A stretch of 64,000 nucleotides of DNA, from assembly GCA_964449815.1 (NCBI GenBank), contig CAYVGC010000006.1, positions 8,817 to 72,816 of the forward strand, in the 5' to 3' direction. How positions within the stretch are numbered: position 1 is the stretch's first letter; every line of letters starts with the position of its first letter. This document shows positions 47,230 to 56,150 of this stretch, piece by piece. This stretch comes from an uncultured Bifidobacteriaceae bacterium. GTDB taxonomy: Bacteria; Verrucomicrobiota; Verrucomicrobiia; Limisphaerales; UBA11358. The notes under the pieces were generated by a model. It was not told where the DNA came from. It saw only the letters and a program-made list of their open reading frames with translations, and did not search any database. A program made the translations under genes and the position numbers.

Positions 47230-47257
47230 TTGACAGTTCCCCGAAATCTGGTTTAAT
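47230..47257 (+). promoter_or_regulatory. Candidate sigma70-type promoter for rplU-rpmA-obg
   Basis: TTGACA (47230-47235), a 16-nt spacer, then TTTAAT (47252-47257), about 25 nt upstream of the rplU ATG. Confidence 0.45.
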
Positions 47258-47281
47258 TCCCGACCCTTTGCGGGAAAATTT

Positions 47282-47593
47282 ATGTATGCCGTCTTAGAAA
47301 CTGGTAGCAAGCAGTATCGTGTCGCCGCCGGCGACAAGCTCGAAATCGAACGCCTTGAAGTCGAGGCGGGCAAGCCGGTCACGTTCGACCGCGTGCTGCT
47401 CGTCAACAACGACGGCAAGCTCTCCGTCGGCGCGCCCACCGTCACCGGCGCCACCGTCGTGGCGGATGTCGTCGAGCACAAGCGCGGCGAGCACAAGCTC
47501 ACGTTCAAGATGAAACGCCGCAAGGGCTATCACAAGACCATCGGCCACCGTCAGGAGCTGACGGTCGTAAAAATCACCGCAATCAACGCTTAA
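47282..47593 (+). CDS. rplU: 50S ribosomal protein L21
   Basis: [23 protein letters not shown]... Confidence 0.95.
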   Translation: MYAVLETGSKQYRVAAGDKLEIERLEVEAGKPVTFDRVLLVNNDGKLSVGAPTVTGATVVADVVEHKRGEHKLTFKMKRRKGYHKTIGHRQELTVVKITAINA

Positions 47594-47598
47594 CATTT

Positions 47599-47859
47599 AT
47601 GGCACATAAAAAAGGTCAGGGCAGCGTCAAGAACGGACGCGACAGCGTCAGCAAACGCCTCGGCGTAAAAGAATTTGGCGGCCAGTTCGTCACCGCCGGC
47701 AGCATCCTCGTCCGCCAGCGCGGCAGCAAGTTCGTCGCGGGCAAGAACGTCGGCACCGGTCGCGACTGGACGTTGTTCGCGCTCACCGACGGCAAAGTGC
47801 TGTTCGACAAGGAAAGCAGCCGCATCAACATCGTCGCCGAGGCGACGGCGAAGAATTAA
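47599..47859 (+). CDS. rpmA: 50S ribosomal protein L27
   Basis: [24 protein letters not shown]... Confidence 0.95.
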   Translation: MAHKKGQGSVKNGRDSVSKRLGVKEFGGQFVTAGSILVRQRGSKFVAGKNVGTGRDWTLFALTDGKVLFDKESSRINIVAEATAKN

Positions 47860-47970
47860 GCGAGCCGTCGTTTTCAGGCGAGGCCAGACGCCTCGCCTTT
47901 TTTATTTTAGGCAGCGACGGACTTGACAGCATCCGTTTGGAAAACCCGGCCGGCCCTGTCCGCAAACATC

Positions 47971-49167
47971 ATGTTCATTGACGAAATAAAAATCTACGCC
48001 CGCGCCGGCCACGGCGGCAAGGGCAGCGTCGCCTTCCACCGCGAGGCGTTCGTGCCCAAGGGCGGCCCGAGCGGCGGCAACGGCGGGCGCGGCGGCAGCG
48101 TGATCTTGCAGGCCGACCACGACCTGAACAATCTCCTCCAGCAGTATTACGTCCCCCGCCTGCTCGCGCCGGACGGCGATCACGGCATGGGCAAGGGCAT
48201 GGACGGCCTCGCCGGCAAAGATCTGATCGTCAAGGTTCCCTGCGGCACGCTCGTCTGGCAGCTCAAGGACACCACGCCGCCCATCGAAATCAGAATGAAG
48301 AAGGATGACGACGAGGATGAGGCCGAGGAGACCCAGCCGGTGATCGGCAGCGGCATGGGCAGACGGCCGCTGCTGCGCACCTCGCGCGGCCAGACGGCGA
48401 TGGAAATTGATTTGAACGAGGAGGCCGGCCCCGGCGGGCAGGCCGCCGTTGAGAACGCCGGCAAAGGCGAGCTTGTCGCCGATCTCACCACGCATGGCCA
48501 GCAGTTTGTTTTGTGCAAGGGCGGGCGCGGCGGGCTGGGCAACCGGAATTTTGCCACCGCGCGCCATCAGACGCCCCGTTTCGCCCAGCCGGGCGAGCCG
48601 GGCACCGAGGGCGAATATCTTTTGGAGTTGCGCATCATGGCCGAGATCGGTCTCGTCGGCTATCCGAACGCCGGCAAGTCCACTTTGCTCGCGGCAATCT
48701 CCAAGGCGCGCCCGAAAATCGCCGCGTATCCGTTCACCACGCTCACGCCGCAGATCGGCATTCTGGAATACGCCGACTGGAGGCGGCTCACCGTCTGCGA
48801 CGTGCCGGGACTCATCGAGGGCGCGAGCCAGAACGTCGGCCTCGGCCACGAATTCCTCCGCCACATTGAGCGCTGCAAAATTCTCGTGCTGCTGCTCGAC
48901 ATGGCCGGCACCGACGGCCGCGAGCCGTGGGACGATTACAAGCAGCTCCTCAAGGAACTCGAACTTTACGACCCCGAACTGCTCAAACGCCCGCGCCTGG
49001 TCGTCGCCAACAAGATTGACGAGGCCGCCGCCGAGGAAAAGTTGAAGCAGTTCAAAAAGAAAATCAAAAAGGTTTCGCTGCTGCCCATCTCCGCCGCGTT
49101 CGGCGCCGGCATGGATAAATTCAAGCAGACCATCCGCGAGGCCGTCGAGGCGGTGGCGGCGGATTGA
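47971..49167 (+). CDS. obg: GTPase Obg/CgtA (with an insertion in the N-terminal Obg fold)
   Basis: MFIDEIKIYARAGHGGKGSVAFHREAFVPKGGPSGGNGGRGG...GLVGYPNAGKSTLL...DVPGLIEGA. Start moved to 47971. Confidence 0.92.
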   Translation: MFIDEIKIYARAGHGGKGSVAFHREAFVPKGGPSGGNGGRGGSVILQADHDLNNLLQQYYVPRLLAPDGDHGMGKGMDGLAGKDLIVKVPCGTLVWQLKDTTPPIEIRMKKDDDEDEAEETQPVIGSGMGRRPLLRTSRGQTAMEIDLNEEAGPGGQAAVENAGKGELVADLTTHGQQFVLCKGGRGGLGNRNFATARHQTPRFAQPGEPGTEGEYLLELRIMAEIGLVGYPNAGKSTLLAAISKARPKIAAYPFTTLTPQIGILEYADWRRLTVCDVPGLIEGASQNVGLGHEFLRHIERCKILVLLLDMAGTDGREPWDDYKQLLKELELYDPELLKRPRLVVANKIDEAAAEEKLKQFKKKIKKVSLLPISAAFGAGMDKFKQTIREAVEAVAAD

Positions 49168-49557
49168 TGGATGCCGGCGTGCGCTCCGGGCGCATCGCGT
49201 CGGGACGCGGGGCCGATGGGCTGGCAACCGAAGCCGTCAGCGGACTTTCCGCCCTGCCTGCCGGCGGCGCGGCTGCCCTTCTTCCTGAAAAAAATCGGAT
49301 GCTCCCCCTGGCCAACTGGCTGCTGAAACGCTGGTTTAAGCCAGCGCCCGTTAAATCACCTGAAATCTCGACAAATCCGGCAGTATTTAGGCTGCGATCA
49401 GGCCCTTGAGATTTTAGATCATGGGTTTCAAAACATACACCGGACATTGCTTCTATTACAAAAATAGCATTTCAAAGTTATTTTTGCATGATTTTTACAT
49501 TTTATCGCCAATCAAACTCGATTTAACGCAAATGCGAGGTGAGGTCAGGTAAGAAAT

Positions 49558-49746
49558 ATTCTTCACGTTGTCTCGTTTATTCTTTGCAAATATCATATTT
49601 ATCTTAGATCAGATAAATAGATTCTTTTCAAATAATAAATTATTCCTAAAGTATGTTAAAATGTTCTTTTGCCAGGTCATAATTTTCCTGTTAAAGATAA
49701 AACTATTCTTTTTAAACATCTGATTATTAGTTTAAGGTGGTATTTT
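49558..49746. repeat. Degenerate 42-bp tandem repeat array inside an AT-rich island, each unit starting (A/G)TTCTTT
   Basis: Units start at 49579, 49621, 49663 and 49705: ATTCTTTGCAAATA / ATTCTTTTCAAATA / GTTCTTTTGCCAGG / ATTCTTTTTAAACA. An extra ATTCTTCAC lies at 49558 (-21). By hand alignment, A vs B is 27/42 identical and B vs C is 22/42. Confidence 0.7.
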
Positions 49747-49795
49747 GTTCCTAAAATGCTTGACAGATAAGGGCGGCGGTGCGAGAAGATGAGGT

Positions 49796-50176
49796 ATGAA
49801 TACGTCTGATTCGCCGGCAAGCACGACTGGAACCCTGGCATCTGCGCCGGCGGCTTTGCCGGATGCGTCGGGCGCGGCGGCGGGGCCGGGTTTGATCAAG
49901 ATCAGGCACTTGAGCCGCGTGCTCAACGGCCAGGCGCGCTGGCGCATCCTGCGCGAACTGGCCAAAGGGGAGGCCTTGCCGGTGAAAGAGCTGGCACTGC
50001 GGGCGGGCTGCCCGGCGGCGAGCGCCTCCAAGCACATGCTGCTGCTCAAAAAGGCGGGCGTGGTGACGGTGGGCTACGGCCGGCTCTACAAACTGTCGCC
50101 CCACCTGCAACCGGAGCCGGGCTGCCCGCGGCTGGACCTGGGACATTGCATCCTCAAGCTGGATACGAAGTGGTGA
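49796..50176 (+). CDS. ArsR/SmtB-family winged-helix transcriptional regulator
   Basis: ARWRILRELAKGEALPVKELALRAGCPAASASKHMLLLKKAGVVTVGYGRLYKL. Confidence 0.7.
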   Translation: MNTSDSPASTTGTLASAPAALPDASGAAAGPGLIKIRHLSRVLNGQARWRILRELAKGEALPVKELALRAGCPAASASKHMLLLKKAGVVTVGYGRLYKLSPHLQPEPGCPRLDLGHCILKLDTKW

Positions 50177-50226
50177 ACCCCCGGCGAGGCCGGGGCCGGG
50201 ATGAGGCGGCTGAGATCAAAGGAAAA

Positions 50227-50826
50227 TCAGCGGCTGCTCCCGTCGTCGCCGGCAATTTTGATTTCCAAAAACCGCATCACGGTGTCGCCATGCTTGAGCA
50301 TTTTGGCCTCCGTCCACGGCGCGGCCAGCTCCAGCGTGTCGCGTTTCGTGTGGCCGAGGACAAATCTGCCGCCCGGCGCGAGCAGTTCCGGCAGACTTTT
50401 GTCGTCGAGCAACTGCTGTGCGAAAGAAGTGGAGCGCCGGTTCACATTTTTCTCACCATAGGGCGGATCGGCAAGGACCAGGTCGAACTGCCGTCCGCTT
50501 TCCGCCAGTTGGTTCAGCACCGGGAAAACATCCTGCGTGCGGACCTCCAAAATGCCGTCGTAGCCCGCCGCGAGGGCGTTGCTGCGGATGAATTCCGCGT
50601 GGCGGTGCGATTTTTCGACGCACATCACGGAAGCCGCGCCGCGGCTCAGACATTCCAGGCTCAACGCGCCGCTGCCGGCGAAGAGTTCCAGCACCCGCGC
50701 GCCCACGACGCGGGCGCCGAGCGAGTTGAAGACCGCCTGCTTGACAAGATCAGGCGTCGGACGGACGTCGAGTCCTTTCGGGACTTTCAAAATCCGCCGC
50801 GCCGCGTGGCCGCCGGTGATGCGCAT
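50227..50826 (-). CDS. rsmD: 16S rRNA (guanine966-N2)-methyltransferase
   Basis: MRITGGHAARRILKVPKGLDVRPTPDLVKQAVFNSLG...DLVLADPPYG. Confidence 0.88.
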   Translation of the reverse strand: MRITGGHAARRILKVPKGLDVRPTPDLVKQAVFNSLGARVVGARVLELFAGSGALSLECLSRGAASVMCVEKSHRHAEFIRSNALAAGYDGILEVRTQDVFPVLNQLAESGRQFDLVLADPPYGEKNVNRRSTSFAQQLLDDKSLPELLAPGGRFVLGHTKRDTLELAAPWTEAKMLKHGDTVMRFLEIKIAGDDGSSR

Positions 50827-50909
50827 GATTTGTTAAATCGGTAAATGGTGATTGGTCGCACCGTGAATTGGTTTCCGATGCCACGGTGCAACCATCAAAC
50901 GAATCATGT

Positions 50910-51683
50910 TTATTGAAAAATCTCCGAGAAGAAATCTTTCATGGCCTGCCACGAACGCCGGTCGGCCTTTTCGTTGTATTTCGCGCCGGGATTGCTGAAG
51001 CCGGGGTCGGGCTGCGTGAAGGCGTGGACCGCGCCGCCGTAAAACGTGATCTGCCAGTCCACCTTCGCGTCGCGCATTTCACCCTCAAACGCGGCCAGGT
51101 CTTCCGGCTTTTGAAACGGATCGTCCGCGCCGGCGAGCACGAGCATTTTGCATTTGATGTTTTTGCCGTCCGCCGGCGCCGGCGAATCCAGGCCGCCGTG
51201 GAAGCTGGCCACGCCGGCAAGCTCCGCGCCGCTGCGCGCGAGTTCGATCACCGCCGTGCCGCCAAAACAATAACCGATGGCCGCGACGCGCTGCGGGTCC
51301 ACGAGTTCGTTTTTCTTGAGCACGTCCAGGCCGGCGTTCACGCGGGCGCGCAAAAGCTGCCGGTCCGTCTTGTATTTCGTGGCTTCGGCGCCGGCGTCAG
51401 CGACGTTTTGCGGGCGGACGCCCTTGCCGTAGATGTCGGCGCAGAAAGCGACATAGCCGAGCGACGCGAGCTGCTGCGCACGATGCTTTTCGTAACCGGT
51501 CAGGCCCAGCCATTGATGCACGACCAATACGCCGGGCCGCCTGCCGGCGGTGGAATCGTCATAAGCCAGATAACCTTCGAGCACCGCGCCACCCTGCTTG
51601 TATTCAACCGGCCCGGTCACCAGTTTGGCCTTCACTGAAACCGCGCCGATCAGCGCCAGAAAAAGTGGAATCATGTTTTTCAT
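50910..51683 (-). CDS. Dienelactone hydrolase family protein, secreted
   Basis: PGVLVVHQWLGLTGYEKHRAQQLASLGYVAFCADIYGKG...GYCFGG. Signal-peptide start chosen at 51683. Confidence 0.8.
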   Translation of the reverse strand: MKNMIPLFLALIGAVSVKAKLVTGPVEYKQGGAVLEGYLAYDDSTAGRRPGVLVVHQWLGLTGYEKHRAQQLASLGYVAFCADIYGKGVRPQNVADAGAEATKYKTDRQLLRARVNAGLDVLKKNELVDPQRVAAIGYCFGGTAVIELARSGAELAGVASFHGGLDSPAPADGKNIKCKMLVLAGADDPFQKPEDLAAFEGEMRDAKVDWQITFYGGAVHAFTQPDPGFSNPGAKYNEKADRRSWQAMKDFFSEIFQ

Positions 51684-51952
51684 AACAACCCATTCATAAA
51701 CTGCAAACCGGGTGAACGCCAGCACCGTTTGATCCGAAAAACTCTCCCCGCGCCGGAGCACCTGGGCGTTTGAACCAGGCCCAATCCGTTTCGTCGAGCG
51801 GACGGATGGACGGCTGCCCGGCCTGGTTATCCGCACCGAATCCGACGCCCTGCCCGGCCCCGGCCCGCCGTCCTTGGAATTTCTCCCGCTCGAACCTGGC
51901 AAATAACCGTCTTTTTGCTTTTCCTTTTTTCATCCGGCGTCATCTTGTCCGC

Positions 51953-52801
51953 GTGGAACTCACCACCGCAGAAATCCGCCGCGCCGTCCGCCGCGCGCTC
52001 GCCGAAGACATCGGCGGCGGCGACGTGACCACGCTCGCCACCGTTCCGCCAAACGCGAGGTCCATCGCGCTCATGCGCGCACGCGAACCGCTCGTCGTCG
52101 CGGGAATCCAGTTTGCGGAAATGGCGTTTCGCGAGCTGTCCTCAAAAATCGAAATGAAAAAAATCGCGGGCGACGGTGCAGGCGTCAAAGCCGGCGACAC
52201 GCTGCTGAAAATTTCCGGTTCGTCGCGCGCCATTCTGAGCGCTGAACGGGTGGCGTTGAATTTTGTCCAGCGGCTTTCCGGCATCGCCACGGCCACCGCG
52301 CAGTTTTCTGAAGCCGTGCGCGGCACAAAGGCAAAAATTCTCGACACGCGCAAGACCACGCCCGGCTGGCGCCGGTTTGAAAAATATGCCGTGGCCTGCG
52401 GCGGTGGGAAAAACCACCGCCTCGGATTGTTTGACATGGTGCTCATCAAGGACAACCATCTTGTCGCCTTGCAAAACGAAAAGCCGAACGCCATCGCCGC
52501 CGCCGTTTTGCGGGCGCGCAAGAAATTTCCAAAGCTGGAAGTCGAAGTTGAAGCCGACACGCTGGAACAAGCCGCCCAAGCCGCCGCTGCGGGCGCGGAT
52601 GTCATCCTGCTCGACAACATGCCGTCCGCGCAGTTGCGTCGGGCCGTGAAAATCGTCCACGGCCGTGCGCAAACGGAGGCCAGCGGCGGCGTGAATCTGC
52701 ATACCGTCCGCGCCATCGCATTGACCGGCGTGGATTTGATTTCCGTCGGCGCGATCACGCATTCCGCCCGTGCCGTGGACATCGGCCTGGATTTTGCATG
52801 A
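51953..52801 (+). CDS. nadC: Nicotinate-nucleotide pyrophosphorylase (carboxylating)
   Basis: ILDTRKTTPGWRRFEKYAVACGGGKNHRLGLFDMVLIKDNH...LLDNM. GTG start at 51953 chosen to give a typical length of about 282 aa. Confidence 0.88.
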   Translation: MELTTAEIRRAVRRALAEDIGGGDVTTLATVPPNARSIALMRAREPLVVAGIQFAEMAFRELSSKIEMKKIAGDGAGVKAGDTLLKISGSSRAILSAERVALNFVQRLSGIATATAQFSEAVRGTKAKILDTRKTTPGWRRFEKYAVACGGGKNHRLGLFDMVLIKDNHLVALQNEKPNAIAAAVLRARKKFPKLEVEVEADTLEQAAQAAAAGADVILLDNMPSAQLRRAVKIVHGRAQTEASGGVNLHTVRAIALTGVDLISVGAITHSARAVDIGLDFA

Positions 52802-53775
52802 CGACTGACGCCAAAATTCTTTCCGCGTTGCGCGCCAGCCCCGACGGCGTTTCGGGCACGCAGCTTGCGGAGCAGCTGGCCATCAGCCGGGCCGCGATCT
52901 GGTCGCGCATTGAAGAGTTGCGCAAAGCGGGCTTTGCCATCGAGGCGGGTCCGCACTTTGGCTACCGACTGGTGGATGAACCCGACGCGCTGCTCGCGGA
53001 TGACTTGCTGGCGCGCCTCGGCGAAACCAAAGTGGTCGGCCGCGACATCCGCGTGTTCGAGGAAACCACTTCCACAAACGATGTGATCGAAAAGCTCGCG
53101 CGGGACGGCGTGAAGGAAGGCGCCGTGGTGTTCGCGGAATCGCAGACCAAAGGCCGCGGGCGGCTCGGCCGGAAATGGATGTCGCCGACGCACAAAGGAC
53201 TTTGGTTTTCCGTGCTGCTGCGGCCCGATTTGCGGCCGCAGGAAACGACGCAGTTGACCGTCGCCTCGGCCATCGCGCTGCACCGCGCCATCAAAACGGT
53301 CACCGGCCTGTCAGCGGAGATCAAATGGCCGAATGATTTGCTCGTCGGCGGGAAAAAAGTCGTGGGCATCCTCACCGAGATGAGCGCGGAAGTGGATCGC
53401 GTCCGTCACGTCATCCTTGGCATCGGCGTGGACGTGAACCAGGACGCGAACGCGTTTCCCGCGGAACTCCGCAAGACCGCCACGTCGCTGAAAATTGAGT
53501 CTGGCCGGGAAATTTCCCGCGCGGAACTGGCCACGGAAATTATGCGGGAACTGGATCTGGATTACGCGCGGATCTGCGGCGGAAAATTTTCCCAGGTGGC
53601 GGACGAATGGGAAACCCTCTGCGCGACCATCGGCAAAAAAGTTTCGGTGCAGATGGGTTCGCGGCTGATTCGCGGCTGCGCCGAGGCGCTGGACGACGAC
53701 GGGGCGCTGCTCGTCCGCACGGAACACGGCCATCTGGAACGCGTCATCGGCGGCGACGTCACTCTGGAAAAATGA
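52798..53775 (+). CDS. birA: Bifunctional biotin-[acetyl-CoA-carboxylase] ligase / repressor BirA
   Basis: N-terminal HTH (GTQLAEQLAISRAAIWSRIEELRKAG) and QTKGRGRLGRKW. Confidence 0.9.
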   Translation: MTTDAKILSALRASPDGVSGTQLAEQLAISRAAIWSRIEELRKAGFAIEAGPHFGYRLVDEPDALLADDLLARLGETKVVGRDIRVFEETTSTNDVIEKLARDGVKEGAVVFAESQTKGRGRLGRKWMSPTHKGLWFSVLLRPDLRPQETTQLTVASAIALHRAIKTVTGLSAEIKWPNDLLVGGKKVVGILTEMSAEVDRVRHVILGIGVDVNQDANAFPAELRKTATSLKIESGREISRAELATEIMRELDLDYARICGGKFSQVADEWETLCATIGKKVSVQMGSRLIRGCAEALDDDGALLVRTEHGHLERVIGGDVTLEK

Positions 53776-54518
53776 TCCTGCTTTTTGACATCGGCAACAC
53801 GCACACGCATGTCGGCCTGGCAAACGGCCGGCGCGTGCTGCGACAGACGGACATTCCGACGCTGACGTGGTTTGGCGGCGGCGCAAGGCCGCGCGTGGAA
53901 AAATTTGTCGGCGCGATAAAAGTCGAGGGCGTGGTCTTGTGCAGCGTGGTGCCGCGCGCGACGCCGCGCGTGCGCCAGGCTGTCCGCGCCATCTGGAAAC
54001 AGGAGGTGCTGGAACTCACGCCGGAAACCTTGCGCGGGGTGGGCATTGACTATGCGCGTCCAGATTCCATTGGCCAGGACCGTCTGGCCAACGCCGTGGC
54101 GGCCCGGCGGCGTTTCGGCGCGCCGGTGGTGGTGGTGGATTTCGGCACGGCGGTCACGTTCGACGTGGTGGACCGCGCCGGCAATTACATCGGCGGCATC
54201 ATCGCGCCGGGGCTGGCGGCGATGACGGATTATTTGCATGAAAAAACCGCGCAACTGCCGAAGATAAAAATCCGCGAGATCCAATCCGTCGTCGGCAAAA
54301 GCACGGAGGCGGCGATGCTGGTCGGCGCGGTGCATGGCTACCGCGGCCTCGTGCGCGAATTGATCAGCGAATTGAAGCGCGAACTGGGCGCGAAAAACCT
54401 GCCGGTGGTCGCCACGGGCGGCTACGCCAAATTGATCGCCGCAAAACTGCCGGAAATTTCCGCCGTCGCGCCGGACTTGACGCTGGAAGGGCTGCGGCTG
54501 GTCTGGCTGGCAACCTGA
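53772..54518 (+). CDS. coaX: Type III pantothenate kinase
   Basis: MILLFDIGNTHTHVGL...VVDFGTAVTFDVV. The ATG overlaps the birA TGA. Confidence 0.9.
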   Translation: MILLFDIGNTHTHVGLANGRRVLRQTDIPTLTWFGGGARPRVEKFVGAIKVEGVVLCSVVPRATPRVRQAVRAIWKQEVLELTPETLRGVGIDYARPDSIGQDRLANAVAARRRFGAPVVVVDFGTAVTFDVVDRAGNYIGGIIAPGLAAMTDYLHEKTAQLPKIKIREIQSVVGKSTEAAMLVGAVHGYRGLVRELISELKRELGAKNLPVVATGGYAKLIAAKLPEISAVAPDLTLEGLRLVWLAT

Positions 54519-54597
54519 CGCAGGCACGCTTGCACGCGGGCGGGCGGGCTGATTTTTTGGCGGCAGTTTGCCGCCGGTGTGCTTACAATCGCCGCGC

Positions 54598-55101
54598 ATG
54601 AAACGCCTCGGACCGCCCGACTCGCATCACCTCGACGCCGCCGTCGGGTGGCTGGGCTTGGGATGCGCGGACGATGCGCGCGACGAGCTGAGTCAGATTT
54701 CGGCGGAAAACCAAAATCATCCCGACGTGCTAGAAGCGCGCTGGATGCGGTGCGTGCAGGATCAGCATTGGCAAGCCGCGATTGAGATTGCCGAACTCGA
54801 ATTGAAATCCGCCCCCGGCAATGCCGGCGGCTGGCTGCATCGCGCCTATGCCCTGCGACGGGTGAATGGCGGCGGCCTGCCAAAGGCCTGGGACGCGTTG
54901 CTGCCGGCGGCGAAGAAATTTCCCGAAGAACCAGTTGTCGCCTACAACCTGTCGTGTTACGCCTGCCAGTTGCAGCAGCTCGACATCGCGCGCGAATGGT
55001 TGCAACGCGCGGTCAAGGCCGGCGACAAAGAGGCCATCAAAAAGATGGCCCTGGCCGACGACGACCTGCGCCCGCTTTGGACTGAAATCAAGAAACTGTG
55101 A
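54598..55101 (+). CDS. Hypothetical helical-repeat (TPR-like) protein
   Basis: Alpha-helical repeat pattern; no family recognised. Confidence 0.4.
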   Translation: MKRLGPPDSHHLDAAVGWLGLGCADDARDELSQISAENQNHPDVLEARWMRCVQDQHWQAAIEIAELELKSAPGNAGGWLHRAYALRRVNGGGLPKAWDALLPAAKKFPEEPVVAYNLSCYACQLQQLDIAREWLQRAVKAGDKEAIKKMALADDDLRPLWTEIKKL

Positions 55102-55107
55102 AACGAC

Positions 55108-56013
55108 ATGACCCGGAACAAAATTAAATCTCCTCACTCCGTCCTGCCCGCCGGCGCACGGCCTGGCCGGAAACGGCGCTCGCGAAGCGACGCTTCGGAC
55201 CCGGTCGCGGATTGTGCGGACGTCCTGAACGTGTCCAATCTCCACGTTGAACGCAACGGCACGGTGATTCTGGACAACCTTTCCTGGCGCGTGCGGCGCG
55301 GGGAACATTGGGTCATTCTCGGTGCAAACGGTTCGGGGAAAACTTCCTTGTTGAGCGCGCTCACCGGTTATCTGATGCCCACGGCCGGGGAAATTTCTTT
55401 GCTGGGCGAGACTTACGGGCAGTTTGACTGGCGCGAACTGCGCAAGAAAATTGGTCTGGTCAGCTCGTCCGTGCGGCAGATGATGGCGGACGACGAACCG
55501 GCGCTGGCAACCGTCGCGAGCGGCAAATACGCGATGATTGATTTCTGGGGACGCCTGACGCGCCGCGAAAAGGCCCAGGCCCGGGAGCGGTTGCGACAGG
55601 TCGAGTGCGGCCACCTGGCCGAACGTCCGTGGCGCGTGCTGTCACAAGGCGAACGGCAGCGGGTGCTGATTGGCCGGGCGCTCATGGCCAAGCCGCGCGT
55701 GCTGATTCTCGACGAGCCGTGCGCCGGGCTGGATCCCGCCGCGCGCGAACATTTCCTGCAATTCCTCCAGCGGCTCGGCGTGAAAAAGCAATCACCAACG
55801 CTGATTTTGGTGACACATCACGTCGAGGAGATCATGCCGGTGTTTTCGCATCTGCTGGTGCTGCAAAGTGGTCGCGTGCTGGCCGCCGGCACCAAGGCGG
55901 ACGGGTTGAACTCCAAGAATCTTGCCACCGCGTTCGGCGCGCAGATTCAATTGCAGCAGACCGGCGGCCGTTTTGCGCTGAGGGTAAGGCTCAAATCGCG
56001 CGCGATGATGTGA
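55108..56013 (+). CDS. ABC transporter ATP-binding protein (stand-alone, ModF-like)
   Basis: Walker A GANGSGKTSLL, signature LSQGERQRV, Walker B LILDEP. No permease gene is adjacent. Confidence 0.8.
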   Translation: MTRNKIKSPHSVLPAGARPGRKRRSRSDASDPVADCADVLNVSNLHVERNGTVILDNLSWRVRRGEHWVILGANGSGKTSLLSALTGYLMPTAGEISLLGETYGQFDWRELRKKIGLVSSSVRQMMADDEPALATVASGKYAMIDFWGRLTRREKAQARERLRQVECGHLAERPWRVLSQGERQRVLIGRALMAKPRVLILDEPCAGLDPAAREHFLQFLQRLGVKKQSPTLILVTHHVEEIMPVFSHLLVLQSGRVLAAGTKADGLNSKNLATAFGAQIQLQQTGGRFALRVRLKSRAMM

Positions 56014-56112
56014 GGTTGTTGGCGTCGGCCACAACTGCAGCCGGTTCTTTCAAGCAGGCGCACAGCAAATTCCGTTCATCTACCAACTCGAATGGATGGC
56101 CGCTAAAAAACA

Positions 56113-56150
56113 GGTCTTGACCCAGGAATTTCGGATTTCAATTCCAGACC
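56113..56150. terminator. Hairpin between convergent genes (possible bidirectional terminator)
   Basis: GGTCT...GGAATT-tcggatttc-AATTCC-AGACC, lying between the ABC ATPase (+) and the ROK gene (-). Confidence 0.3.

Noticed and set aside
49400-49795. AT-rich island as the chromosomal replication origin (several GATAA/TTATC words, for example TTATCGCCA).
   Set aside because: There are no good TTATCCACA-type DnaA boxes, no dnaA/dnaN nearby, and flanking genes do not switch strand orientation around it.
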